A stretch of DNA of 63,769 nt, counting the filler, from Octopus bimaculoides (lineage: Eukaryota), in NCBI RefSeq assembly GCF_001194135.2. It is 6 parts of 6 records of this genome, joined end to end, with 100 filler letters (N's around TTAATTAATTAA, not from the genome) between each part and the next. Parts side by side here need not be neighbours in the genome. Positions count along the whole stretch, not along the records: positions 35,562 to 53,517 come from NC_069008.1; positions 53,618 to 59,518 come from NC_068999.1; positions 59,619 to 61,543 come from NW_026300264.1; positions 61,644 to 63,769 come from NC_068991.1; 2 more parts are not named here. One strand, written 5' to 3'. The position numbers and the translations under genes were made by a program. This document shows, in pieces, positions 52,527 to 63,769 of the stretch. Under the pieces are notes generated by a model that saw nothing but the letters and a program-made list of their open reading frames with translations, made no database searches and was not told where the DNA came from. The first letter of the stretch is position 1. Every line of letters starts with the position of its first letter.

Positions 52527-54421
52527 TTACCCATTTTAAATCTATGAATACGATTTATTTCTTTACTTTTCAGTTTCTTTTAGGCCTTTTTCAGAAAGGC
52601 GTAAAAGTCCAGAAATTCGATACACTTCCAGTGCCAAGCGTGAAGGGTTTTTAAAGATGTCGGGGTAATTATTTATTGAGAACGTAATTAATTTAATAAT
52701 TACATATATAACACATATGTATATGATACATTTATGATATAAAACTACATTGAAATACGAATCTAAAACCGAAGAAAACACAAACGTAAGTGAAGAAAGA
52801 AAAGGAAAAATAAAGAAGCAGAAAAAGAGAGGACGAAATATAATATCAATTCAACATTAGGTGCTTCTATTACTTGCGCAAGTTCAACGTAACCTAATGA
52901 AACAAGCTACAACACTCGTGATGTTGTTCCCCCTTGTATATGACATTTTTTAACCCTCAATTATCCGCTAGATGACTCTACTGACCGACAACTTGTATTA
53001 TGAAACGTAGGCAATTGTTTCAAACAGTTTGAGTTAAATCTATATAAATATTATAACTAAAATAAGTGTCATAGATATATATTATATATATATATAATTA
53101 GTGTCAATTGTATATGTATAATAGTTGTTGAGAACTCGTGGTCCTCGGAGGTCATTTCACGCCCTAACCACGTCGACGTGTAAGTATTATTAAAAACTTT
53201 GCTTTCATTCTTTCGAGGTCAATAAATTAACTACCAGTGAAACACTGGGGTCGATGTAATCGACGAGCCCTCGCCCCACAAATTTGAGGCCTTGTGCCTC
53301 CAGTAGAAAGGATTATTAAATATAAAATGTTATTATAAACACTTTGGAATTATTAAATATATTGCTTTTTACTCAGAAATTTTGCTCTGTAAATTTGTTT
53401 TCTAAACAACGTGGCGGAGGTAAAGGACATGGACCGCACCCACTTTCATTTTTTTTTCTTGCCAGAGGAGTGGAGATGGAGAAAATAAACATTTTGAAAA
53501 CGTGTTTTGGGGGTTTTNNNNNNNNNNNNNNNNNNNNNNNNNNNNNNNNNNNNNNNNNNNNTTAATTAATTAANNNNNNNNNNNNNNNNNNNNNNNNNNN
53601 NNNNNNNNNNNNNNNNNATATATATATATATATAATTATATGTATTTATTTTATCCTAATAAATAATAATTCGGATAGAATAAATGGGTTAATAGAAACC
53701 AAGGTAGCAAAGATCACAAAATAACTGTGGTGTAATTCCTGTTAGTGAGGCAGAAACTCATATATATATATATATATATATACACATTTACTGTATGAAT
53801 GGATGATGGAAGGGGCCTTATACACAGTAAATATAAATTTGGAGAAGGGGAACAGTGGTGATAGAAGGGCCAGAAATGGGTATTTGAGAGTTGAGTTGAT
53901 AAAGATGTAAATATAAGTGTAGGGAAGTGACATGGGTATATTAGTTCAGGGGAAACAAGGAAAGGGGCTGGAGAGGAAGAAGGGAAAGAACATTGGAAGG
54001 GCTAAAATGGAGGGGAGGATGGAAAAAAGACAGGGATATGTAGGGGTGGTGTTGGGAGGAGAGGGATTGGCAATGGTAGAGTTAGTCAAAAGTAAGGGCC
54101 AGTGGGTGAATAGAGAAGGGGTATAATAGAAAAAGGTGGGATTACTTGGGGTGAAGTCAGGAGAGAAGGGTGATGAGATCAAGGAAAGAGTAGGGGCTGG
54201 GAATACACACTCACACACATGTATATGTATGTGTGTATGTCTGTAAGTAACATGTAAAAGGCACCCACTACACTCTTGGAGTGGTTGGCCTTAAGAAGGG
54301 CATCCAGCCATAGAAACCAAACCAAAATCAGATTGGAGCCTTGTATACCTCCTCCAGCTTACCAGTTCTAGTCATACTGTCAAACTGTCTAACCCATGCC
54401 AGCGTGGAAAACGGACGTTAA

Positions 54422-54484
<63 letters not shown>

Positions 54485-54633
54485 ATATAGAAAAACCTTC
54501 GCAGAATTTGAAATCAGAAAGTAAGGACGGAAGAAATGCCAATAAGCATTTGGCTCTTAGAACATAGCGACAGGCAAAATACCATTAAGCATTTCGTCTA
54601 ACGTGCTAGCAATTCTCCCAGCTCACCATCTTC

Positions 54634-54634
<1 letters not shown>

Positions 54635-54670
<36 letters not shown>

Positions 54671-54689
54671 TAATAATAATAATAATAAC

Positions 54690-54722
<33 letters not shown>
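54635..54722. repeat. (AAT)n microsatellite; (GAT)n at ~54422-54483
   Basis: Directly visible. Confidence 0.95.
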
Positions 54723-54723
<1 letters not shown>

Positions 54724-56893
54724 GTTTCAAATTTTGGCACGAGGCNNNNNNNNNNNNNNNNNNNNNNNNNNNNNNNNNNNNNNNNNNNNNNNNNNNNNNN
54801 NNNNNNNNNNNNNNNNNNNNNNNNNNNNNNNNNNNNNNNNNNNNNNNNNNNNNNNNNNNNNNNNNNNNNNNNNNNNNNNNNNNNNNNNNNNNNNNNNNNN
54901 NNNNNNNNNNNNNNNNNNNNNNNNNNNNNNNNNNNNNNNNNNNNNNNNNNNNNNNNNNNNNNNNNNNNNNNNNNNNNNNNNNNNNNNNNNNNNNNNNNNN
55001 NNNNNNNNNNNNNNNNNNNNNNNNNNNNNNNNNNNNNNNNNNNNNNNNNNNNNNNNNNNNNNNNNNNNNNNNNNNNNNNNNNNNNNNNNNNNNNNNNNNN
55101 NNNNNNNNNNNNNNNNNNNNNNNNNNNNNNNNNNNNNNNNNNNNNNNNNNNNNNNNNNNNNNNNNNNNNNNNNNNNNNNNNNNNNNNNNNNNNNNNNNNN
55201 NNNNNNNNNNNNNNNNNNNNNNNNNNNNNNNNNNNNNNNNNNNNNNNNNNNNNNNNNNNNNNNNNNNNNNNNNNNNNNNNNNNNNNNNNNNNNNNNNNNN
55301 NNNNNNNNNNNNNNNNNNNNNNNNNNNNNNNNNNNNNNNNNNNNNNNNNNNNNNNNNNNNNNNNNNNNNNNNNNNNNNNNNNNNNNNNNNNNNNNNNNNN
55401 NNNNNNNNNNNNNNNNNNNNNNNNNNNNNNNNNNNNNNNNNNNNNNNNNNNNNNNNNNNNNNNNNNNNNNNNNNNNNNNNNNNNNNNNNNNNNNNNNNNN
55501 NNNNNNNNNNNNNNNNNNNNNNNNNNNNNNNNNNNNNNNNNNNNNNNNCCTCACTCTCTCTCTCTCTCTCTCTCTGTTGCCAATTGGTTCTGGAGTGTTG
55601 CAGTTTCTGTTTGTTTCCGCCAATCTCCGTCACAATATCCTCATTGTTATCAAAGCTTTAAATAACAATAATCAATTGTCTACAATTCAACACCCAATCT
55701 CACGTCCAACCACTTCTATAATAAGCTGCTAACAGAACAAAAAATATCAAACAAAACAAAACAGAAAAAAAAAAATGAAGTATTGTTCATATTTTAAAAT
55801 ATTTTCTGCTTTATGTTTCTTAGTTTTTGCTGTTTTTTTTTTTTTCTTAAATAGAATTTTTATTCCTTATTTATCTTGTGTAGCCATAGTTTCAAAGACT
55901 TGTTGACATTGGATACCGTGATATTTATGCCTTTCTACAGGTCAGAACCGTGCTTCCGCCCCTCCCCCCCGCATTATTTACTCAGGGCCTCCATCAGCGG
56001 TGGAGGGTGAGGGTGGGGAAGTTGTCCTCAAACTGCTGACCAGATCTGAATACTTTCCCAAAAATTGGTCCCTATGAAAGATATCCATGGTCCAGAGGGC
56101 AGCGGTCAAACTGGTGGAATACATCCACAATACTGGACCCTGTGATCCTTAAGATGTTAGAAGACTGTAAGGTGCTAGTTGGGATGTCTTTGATTGTCTG
56201 TCTGCTCAATCAGAGCTGACCTGCAATTAAATTACAACTACCACCACTACCACCACCACCACCACAATAACAACAGCAAACAACTACCACCACCACCACC
56301 ACAACAACAACAACAACAACAAGAACTATAACTACTACGACGACCACCAACATCCCCAGAGGAACAGACCACTGGATTTTCTTAAACAAACTACTACACT
56401 CGACATTTGTATTGAGTACTTCTTTGGACACTTACCCAACAATGTATGCGTGTGTGTGTGTGTGTGTATTTAGTTAAACTTATCTCCAATACTAACCCCT
56501 CTCATTCCACTTGTCCCTTCCCTCCACCATCCCATTAAAATCTTTCAAAAAATAGTTCTAAACACTCCAAGACTCTAAGACTCTGACTAACCAACACTAA
56601 AATCTATGTCATTTACTGGTATCTTCCATGCGGAATATTTGGTAATTTTTCGCTGCAATCAACAGCGAAGAATGTCTGGAGTTGCTGAGTAAGATAGCAG
56701 AAATGTTATTTCAGCTTCCATTTATCTATTTCTGATCAATTCTAATGAAATATTTTATATAAAGTTCACCGAATCAAGGTTAGACCCCACTTGCACTTCA
56801 TAATCAATATCTGATAGATATTGGCAACAAAATCAAACACAAACTAACCCTAAACTTCCCCCCGCTTCTCCCATCTTGTTTTTCACTCCTACC

Positions 56894-56925
<32 letters not shown>

Positions 56926-57741
56926 GACTGGATTTCTGCTCTGTATGTCATAGATATAATGTGCAAAACAGGGTAGAATGTTGGTAATAAAAGGGTAGAA
57001 ATATAATAATAACAGGGTGGAAAGTTGGCTACGAAACACGATAATGAACCTAAAAGCAAACATTCACTGATTATGGAGAAGACATTTTCATTGTAGAACT
57101 GAATTCTTTGGTTTTCTTAAAGGGAAGAACAACCAAAAAGCTGTTGTTGTTTCGTTCTATATAAGTCCTGATCCAACAAACGTTGTGCTCAAAGATCTAA
57201 CCATGACCTTTCTCTCTTTTATTCAGGAATTTGGGGGTCTAGAACTACAACATCCTACAAAGATTCTGCCACAGATATAACAAAAGAAACAATGTAAATA
57301 TTTTGAGTTCCATTATTGATGTGAATATTTTAAAGAAATGGTTGCATCCTCCATGTTTGAAGTCTATGCAGGCATCTGATGAGAACGGTTTCTTTCAAAT
57401 GATGTAATGTTTTAATTAATTAATTAAAGGAGTCACTTGTACATCTCTGTTACTCATTCATATTTTACTCACCTAACTTGGACTCTGCACTTCGGAAATA
57501 CTATACAAAGTACCTTTATAAAAAGTACACGTCTGAATTACCAAGAGCAGACATCTTCACTTAGGTGGGATGTGTTGTCAGCACACATGGCAGGAATATC
57601 AAGTACAAACACCCCAGCATGGAGACTTCATATTCAATAGTCAATTAATACTGTTTGGGTGTGCAAATTATACCAACCTAGCAAGGTGTGTCAATTTAAG
57701 TACCTAATTCAACAGAATCTTAATCACATTATATATATCTA

Positions 57742-57787
<46 letters not shown>

Positions 57788-58239
57788 TATAAAACCTAGA
57801 GTCCTATGTATGGTGTATATCATACATATAGAGTATGTTGTATTGATCCAAGATGATTTGCGCAGTTGTTGAAAGTAATCAATAATATTGCTAGTTCAAA
57901 CATATTTTTATTGAGNNNNNNNNNNNNNNNNNNNNNNNNNNNNNNNNNNNNNNNNNNNNNNNNNNNNNNNNNNNNNNNNNNNNNNNNNNNNNNNNNNNNN
58001 NNNNNNNNNNNNNNNNNNNNNNNNNNNNNNNNNNNNNNNNNNNNNNNNNNNNNNNNNNNNNNNNNNNNNNNNNNNNNNNNNNNNNNNNNNNNNNNNNNNN
58101 NNNNNNNNNNNNNNNNNNNNNNNNNNNNNNNNNNNNNNNNNNNNNNNNNNNNNNNNNNNNNNNNNNNNNNNNNNNNNNNNNNNNNNNNNNNNNNNATTAA
58201 GTCTCTGTTGATTTTGGTGTTTAACTACTTTTATATAAA

Positions 58240-58283
<44 letters not shown>

Positions 58284-58302
58284 TGGAAATTTACCCAGGA
58301 TT

Positions 58303-58390
58303 TATAAGGCAAATAAGAAAATGGAGAGGATATACAATCGATTTTATAAAATTGATTTTATATCCTCTCCATTTTCTTATTTGCCTTATA
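58303..58390. repeat. 88-bp near-perfect palindrome (30-bp perfect outer arms)
   Basis: TATAAGGCAAATAAGAAAATGGAGAGGATA (58303-58332) is the exact reverse complement of 58361-58390; the centre AATCGATTTTATAAAATTGATT also pairs. Confidence 0.92.
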
Positions 58391-58499
58391 TATATGCCAC
58401 CAGCACAGGTGCCAGTCAGGTGGCCCTGGCATTAGCCACAACTATGATTTCACTTGACTCAACAGGTATTCTCAACCAGTGTATCACCTGGTGATTCAA

Positions 58500-58703
58500 T
58501 GGTATTCCACTCCACTTGAAGTGTTACTCTACCATACTCCACTCCACTCAGTGTTACTCCCCCATAATCTACTCCACTCAAAGTGTTATTTCACCATACT
58601 CCACTCCACTCGAAGTGTTACTCCACCATACTCCACTCCACTCAAAGTGTTATTTCGCCATGCTCCACTCCACTTTAAGTGTACTCCACCATACTCCACT
58701 CGA
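58500..58703. repeat. ~28-bp minisatellite CCATACTCCACTCCACTCAAAGTGTTA(C/T)T, about 7 copies
   Basis: Directly visible, degenerate units. Confidence 0.85.
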
Positions 58704-59070
58704 CTCTCCTAATCAACTATTAGTAAACTAATTCACTCACATGTTTATTACATTTCTGTTTTCTTCTCTCTTTTAATTAATTTGATTAATTGAGATTTTG
58801 GTTAAATTGGTTAATTGCGGCAGGGATGCTGACATCTCTCACACTTGATGTTCCCTTCACATTTTCTAATCACTGGAATTTAAAAGGAGCCTGAGGGTGG
58901 GCATGGAGGGAGAGGATTTATTAATACAGATTATTTCCATGATTATAACATAAGCGAACACACAAACACACACACACACACACACACACATGTACATGTA
59001 TACGCACACGCGCACAAACACACATGCAAACACACACACATACATACACAAACACACATACACACACATA

Positions 59071-59305
59071 GGCGGCGAGCTGGCAGAAACGTTAGCACGC
59101 CGGGCGAATTGCTTAGTGGTATTTCATCTGCCGTTACGTTCTGAGTTCAAATTCCGCCGAGGTCGACTTTGCCTTTCATCCTCCTTTCGGGGTCGATTAA
59201 ATAAGTACCAGTTACGCACTGGGGTCGATATAATCGACTTAATCCGTTTGTCTGTCCTTGTTTGTCCCTTCTGTGTGTAACCCCTTGTGGGTAGTAAAAG
59301 AAATA
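59071..59305 (+). mobile_element. SINE family C, full copy
   Basis: Near-identical to 10846-11076; embedded in (CA)n. Confidence 0.85.
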
Positions 59306-59814
59306 ACACATACACACACATACATACACACATGCACAAACACACACATGCACATGCACAAACAAACACACATGCAAACACACACACATGCATACACAAA
59401 CACACACATGCACAAACACTCACACACACACAAACACACACACACACACACATACAAACACACACACATATGCACTAAATATGGAAACCAATTAAATTTT
59501 TGAAAAATTAAATCAAAANNNNNNNNNNNNNNNNNNNNNNNNNNNNNNNNNNNNNNNNNNNNTTAATTAATTAANNNNNNNNNNNNNNNNNNNNNNNNNN
59601 NNNNNNNNNNNNNNNNNNGTGTGTGTGTGTGTATATTTCTATATATACATATATATACATCTGTGGTTACATGTGTGTATGTGTAATACACTTGTATATT
59701 AACCATGCGTACCTATATATAAATATAATATAGAATATATTGTGAATATGTGTGAGTGTGTGTGCGTGTGTGTGTGTGTGCGTGTGTGTGTAATATGATA
59801 TATGATAATGATGT

Positions 59815-60246
59815 ACGCAGGACTAGCTATGTGTTCAGTAGCTTGCTTACCAACCACATGGTTCTGGGTTCAGTCACACTGCGTGGGGACTTGGGCGAGT
59901 CTCTTCTACTATAGCCGCGGGCCAACCAAAGCCTTGTGAGTGGATCTAGTAGACGGAAACTAAAAGAAGTCCGTCGTATGTGTGTGTGTGTGTGTGCGTG
60001 TTTGTGTGTGTGCGTGTTTGTGTGCGTGTGTATGTTTGTGTGTCTGTGTTTTTCCCCCCAACATCACTTGACAAACGACGCTGGTGTGTTTACATCCCTG
60101 TAACATAGCGATTCAGCAAAAGGGACCGATAGAATAAGTACTAGGCTTACAAAGAATAAATCCTGGGGTCGATTTGCTCAACTAAAAAAAAATGCGGTGC
60201 TCCAGCATGGCCACAGTTAAATGACTAACAAATAAAAGACTAAAAG
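59815..60246 (+). mobile_element. SINE family A, full copy
   Basis: Colinear with 46466-46860. Confidence 0.85.
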
Positions 60247-61102
60247 TAGAGAATATATACGTATACAATACAATATATATTATACAAAATATATATTCAT
60301 TCCTGTACATGTATACATATATATATATATACATACATACATATATATATATATANNNNNNNNNNNNNNNNNNNNNNNNNNNNNNNNNNNNNNNNNNNNN
60401 NNNNNNNNNNNNNNNNNNNNNNNNNNNNNNNNNNNNNNNNNNNNNNNNNNNNNNNNNNNNNNNNNNNNNNNNNNNNNNNNNNNNNNNNNNNNNNNNNNNN
60501 NNNNNNNNNNNNNNNNNNNNNNNNNNNNNNNNNNNNNNNNNNNNNNNNNNNNNNNNNNNNNNNNNNNNNNNNNNNNNNNNNNNNNNNNNNNNNNNNNNNN
60601 NNNNNNNNNNNNNNNNNNNNNNNNNNNNNNNNNNNNNNNNNNNNNNNNNNNNNNNNNNNNNNNNNNNNNNNNNNNNNNNNNNNNNNNNNNNNNNNNNNNN
60701 NNNNNNNNNNNNNNNNNNNNNNNNNNNNNNNNNNNNNNNNNNNNNNNNNNNNNNNNNNNNNNNNNNNNNNNNNNNNNNNNNNNNNNNNNNNNNNNNNNNN
60801 NNNNNNNNNNNNNNNNNNNNNNNNNNNNNNNNNNNNNNNNNNNNNNNNNNNNNNNNNNNNNNNNNNNNNNNNNNNNNNNNNNNNNNNNNNNNNNNNNNNN
60901 NNNNNNNNNNNNNNNNNNNNNNNNNNNNNNNNNNNNNNNNNNNNNNNNNNNNNNNNNNNNNNNNNNNNNNNNNNNNNNNNNNNNNNNNNNNNNNNNNNNN
61001 NNNNNNNNNNNNNNNNNNNNNNNNNNNNNNNNNNNNNNNNNNNNNNNNNNNNNNNNNNNNNNNNNNNNNNNNNNNNNNNNNNNNNNNNNNNNNNNNNNNN
61101 NN

Positions 61103-61144
<42 letters not shown>

Positions 61145-61450
61145 CAATAAGAAAGTGGAGGGGAATATGTGGTGCACATCAACTTGCAGATATTGTTGCA
61201 TTATGTCAATTTACTAGTTTATTTTTTTAGCATAGAGGGCAATAAAAACAATATACAAACGCATATAACATATTGTGTCATATCAGTAATTAAAATTAAA
61301 AAGGACATCTAGTGACCGGAGAAGGGATGTCGAATGTGTTTGTATATTGTTTTTATTGTCCTCTATGTTGAAAAAATAAACTCGTAAATTGACATAATAC
61401 AATGTCTGCAAGTTGATGAGTACCACATATTTCTCTCCATTTTCTTATTG
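61145..61450. repeat. long inverted repeat (~118-bp arms, ~69-bp spacer)
   Basis: 61145-61264 matches the reverse complement of 61334-61450 with scattered mismatches; shares AATAAGAAAATGGAGAG with the 58303 palindrome. Confidence 0.88.
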
Positions 61451-61643
61451 GTGTATAAATTAAGGGTACTCCCCTTTACCCGCACCCATTTACTGCACTT
61501 GGTAAAAACACTAGTGTAATAGTTATTGGGTATCCTTCCGGCANNNNNNNNNNNNNNNNNNNNNNNNNNNNNNNNNNNNNNNNNNNNTTAATTAATTAAN
61601 NNNNNNNNNNNNNNNNNNNNNNNNNNNNNNNNNNNNNNNNNNN

Positions 61644-63100
61644 ATATAGTCCGTCTCTACCCACTAGACGTCATCTTGTAAGGTGAAGAATAACGTCCTA
61701 GAACCGTGACTCCCTCTTTCCGACCGAGAATGAAGGGTATCAGCCAGTTATAAAGGTCATCTTTCACACCCATTGCAGAGAGTTTTGCCATGAGTTGTTT
61801 GTGTGGCACAGAATTGAAGATCTTTGCAAAGTTAAGGTAGATAATATCTACCCATGAACCGCCATCAGTAACTTGGATGATGTCCTCAAGAAACTCGATG
61901 AGTTGACTACAGCAGCTGGAGTTAGGGATAAATCCAAATCGTAAGGGTCGAATAAGGCTGTGAGAGCTCTAAAAGTTCCAGAGTGTTTTTTTTGTGACAC
62001 AAGACTCCATCAGTTTGGCGTTGCAGCTTGTAACGCTGGCTGGACGGTAGTCGACAGGTGATGTGCGATCACCTTTTTTGAACAGGGGAACGATACTAGC
62101 AATTTCCCAGTGCTCTGGAGTGACACAGTTGTTAAGACAGAATTTAAAGAAGAATGAAAGCTGGCACAAAAGAAAGAATCCGTTACGCATAGTTGCGCTT
62201 ATTCTTGAGGTGGCGTCGCAGCATTGCGGCTGTGAATTTCACAGATGTTATGGAATTTGATGTCAGAGTTGGTGAAAAAGATACATTTGAATTTTCAACA
62301 GTAAAAATGCCAGCATAGCATTCAGCAAAAATCTCAGCTCATTCCTTGGGGTTGCTGGAAAGTGGTTATACATCATTAGGTGTACACCGCTTCCGTACAT
62401 TAAATTTCTAGAAGAAACAACGGAACGCAGATTCTGAACTATCAACACAATATTTATTTACAGAGGAAATAGGCAGCACTTCGCCCATTTGGTTGCTGAG
62501 ACGCCGTCAATGATGTTGGTGGTTATTTGTCTAGCTCCAGAGTTGGAATGTTGGAAAGAGCTGTCTCCAGAGTTGGAATGTTGGAGAGAGTCTGCTTGTA
62601 CGTCTTGGCTCTTCGTCGACCAGTGAGAAAGAGAATGAAAAAAGGGCGCGAAGCTTGGGTGTCGAATGACCACGCATGCGCACAAGACTCTTCCTGTATT
62701 CCTTCCGGAACTAGTCCCTGCGCGTGCGTGGATAAGCTTTCCGGAATGTCTGCTATTAAGGCGTCACTACAGGGTCATCAGTGATCCGATCTGTGTGGAG
62801 TTTGTAAAGAGGACCAACTGGAGAGTTAGATCTCTGCTTCGAACATACATATTGCGTTTTCTGTTCTCATCTGTTCTATGCTGTCTATATTTCTGTTCAG
62901 CACCATGACGATCTTTCCTGGCAAGTCGAACTGCTGCAGTCTCCCAAATTGCACTTTTTTATTAAATAATTTTTAGAGCGTTTGCGAGGTACTGATGTTT
63001 TACATGCCGCCCAGATTGCACTGAAGATATTTCGAAAAAGTGATATTGACGTCCCCGGAATCGTAAAATTCAAACCAGTTTGGGTATCGTAACTCATCAT
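61644..63100 (-). mobile_element. CR1-clade LINE ORF2 fragment interrupted by an insert
   Basis: PEHWEIASIVPLFKKGDRTSPVDYRPASVTSCNAKLMES; same family as 40130-41270. Linker-like sequence continues on the far side of the 62381-62771 insert. Confidence 0.8.
62381..62771 (-). mobile_element. solo-LTR-like insert nested in CR1
   Basis: On the - strand it begins TGTAGT and ends TGTACA, is CpG-rich, has AATAAA about 70-80 nt before the end and a 30-bp internal duplication (62545-62595). No TSD recognised. Confidence 0.4.
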
Positions 63101-63769
63101 GGTAACAGTTCCAGTCAGAATTTATTTTATTTTGCGGTAACTTTATTTAGCATCAATGAAGAAAACTTGTGTTACGACAAATATTTGCCCTAGAGACTGT
63201 AGCTTGCTTAACAAAACAAGAAGTAAAATAGTTTTAACCATTTGATAGTGGAATAAAATGGCGATAACAGAAGAACCAGAAAATTAAATTCAAAGGCAAT
63301 GCACCCATTTTAGATTTCATTTTTATCTTCTGGGAAAATAAACATAAGTTTTTAGTTCATGCAATTAATATATCAAACCAATAAAAAGCTTATGTTGTAT
63401 ATTTTACAATTACAGCGTATTAGAAATTTGATAGTCTTTAATTCGTTGAAATTGTAAGAATAACTAAAATAATTTTCTGATATCGGTTGTTTAGAAGCAG
63501 AGACCAAGAATCACTACAGTCAAAATGAAACATGTTTAATTTAAAGATACATCTTGCATTTAGATGTCTCTGATTATGTGGCTTGTGTGTTATATTTGTG
63601 ATCCATCTGCAGGCAATTATTCTAAATTACATATCCATACAACTAGAAAGATCGATAAATGGCGAGAACAATCGTTGATCGATTGACTATCAATAATTTA
63701 GTAGCCTGTTCTGACAGAGAAACTAAGTCAAGAAGAGTTATGTCCCTGCAATATATATATATATATATA

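Noticed and set aside
52960-53010. Hammerhead-like string CTAGATGA...GAAACGTAGGC
   Set aside because: Core and stems too degenerate.
55941-56006. Candidate downstream CCDC50 exon (GQNRASAPPPRIIYSGPPSAVE)
   Set aside because: Good acceptor and compatible phase, but no homology, a weak donor, and separated by several gaps including a scaffold spacer.
56600-57290. Possible very old LINE RT remnant (AEYLVIF ~ ADDLVIF; EFGGLEL ~ GGLGL)
   Set aside because: Only two short degenerate motifs; cannot be supported without an HMM search.
58500-58703. Regular ~28-bp repeats resembling a CRISPR array
   Set aside because: Head-to-tail units without unique spacers, in a eukaryotic context; a minisatellite.
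63257-63290. AAAATGGCG (YY1-like) motifs at ~63255 and ~63655
   Set aside because: The ORF stops after 9 codons and there is no supporting splice or promoter evidence.

Overview
Repeat-rich, gapped animal genomic DNA, most consistent with an octopus (coleoid cephalopod) draft assembly. This inference rests on dense TA/CA/GA/GAT microsatellites, tRNA-derived SINE families, RTE/CR1 LINE debris and single-exon '[11 protein letters not shown]' C2H2 zinc-finger genes. Most long ORFs in the supplied track are microsatellite or N-gap artefacts. Real coding content: (1) four phase-compatible + strand exons (13874-13936, 30963-31101, 33970-34063, 35191-35344) that splice into the N-terminal domain of a CCDC50/Ymer-like protein, whose first coding exon and 3' end were not located; (2) a small C2H2-ZNF cluster with one + gene (37852-39045), one - gene (46881-47720) and one - pseudogene (~51860-52466). 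Best leads: a ZNF exon whose splice acceptor and stop-free leader are in frame with CCDC50 (possible exon capture or bicistronic transcript); a LINE ORF1 tail flanked by splice sites, also in frame with CCDC50; minimal Penelope-type hammerhead ribozyme motifs (42460-42508, 34340-34453); related long palindromes (58303-58390, 61145-61450); and a compact pseudoknot-like motif repeated in RTE 3' tails. Five 100-bp N44-TTAATTAATTAA-N44 spacers mark scaffold joins of unknown size; one lies between CCDC50 and the ZNF/LINE region and weakens the linkage arguments. All family assignments come from reading the sequence; no database search was run.
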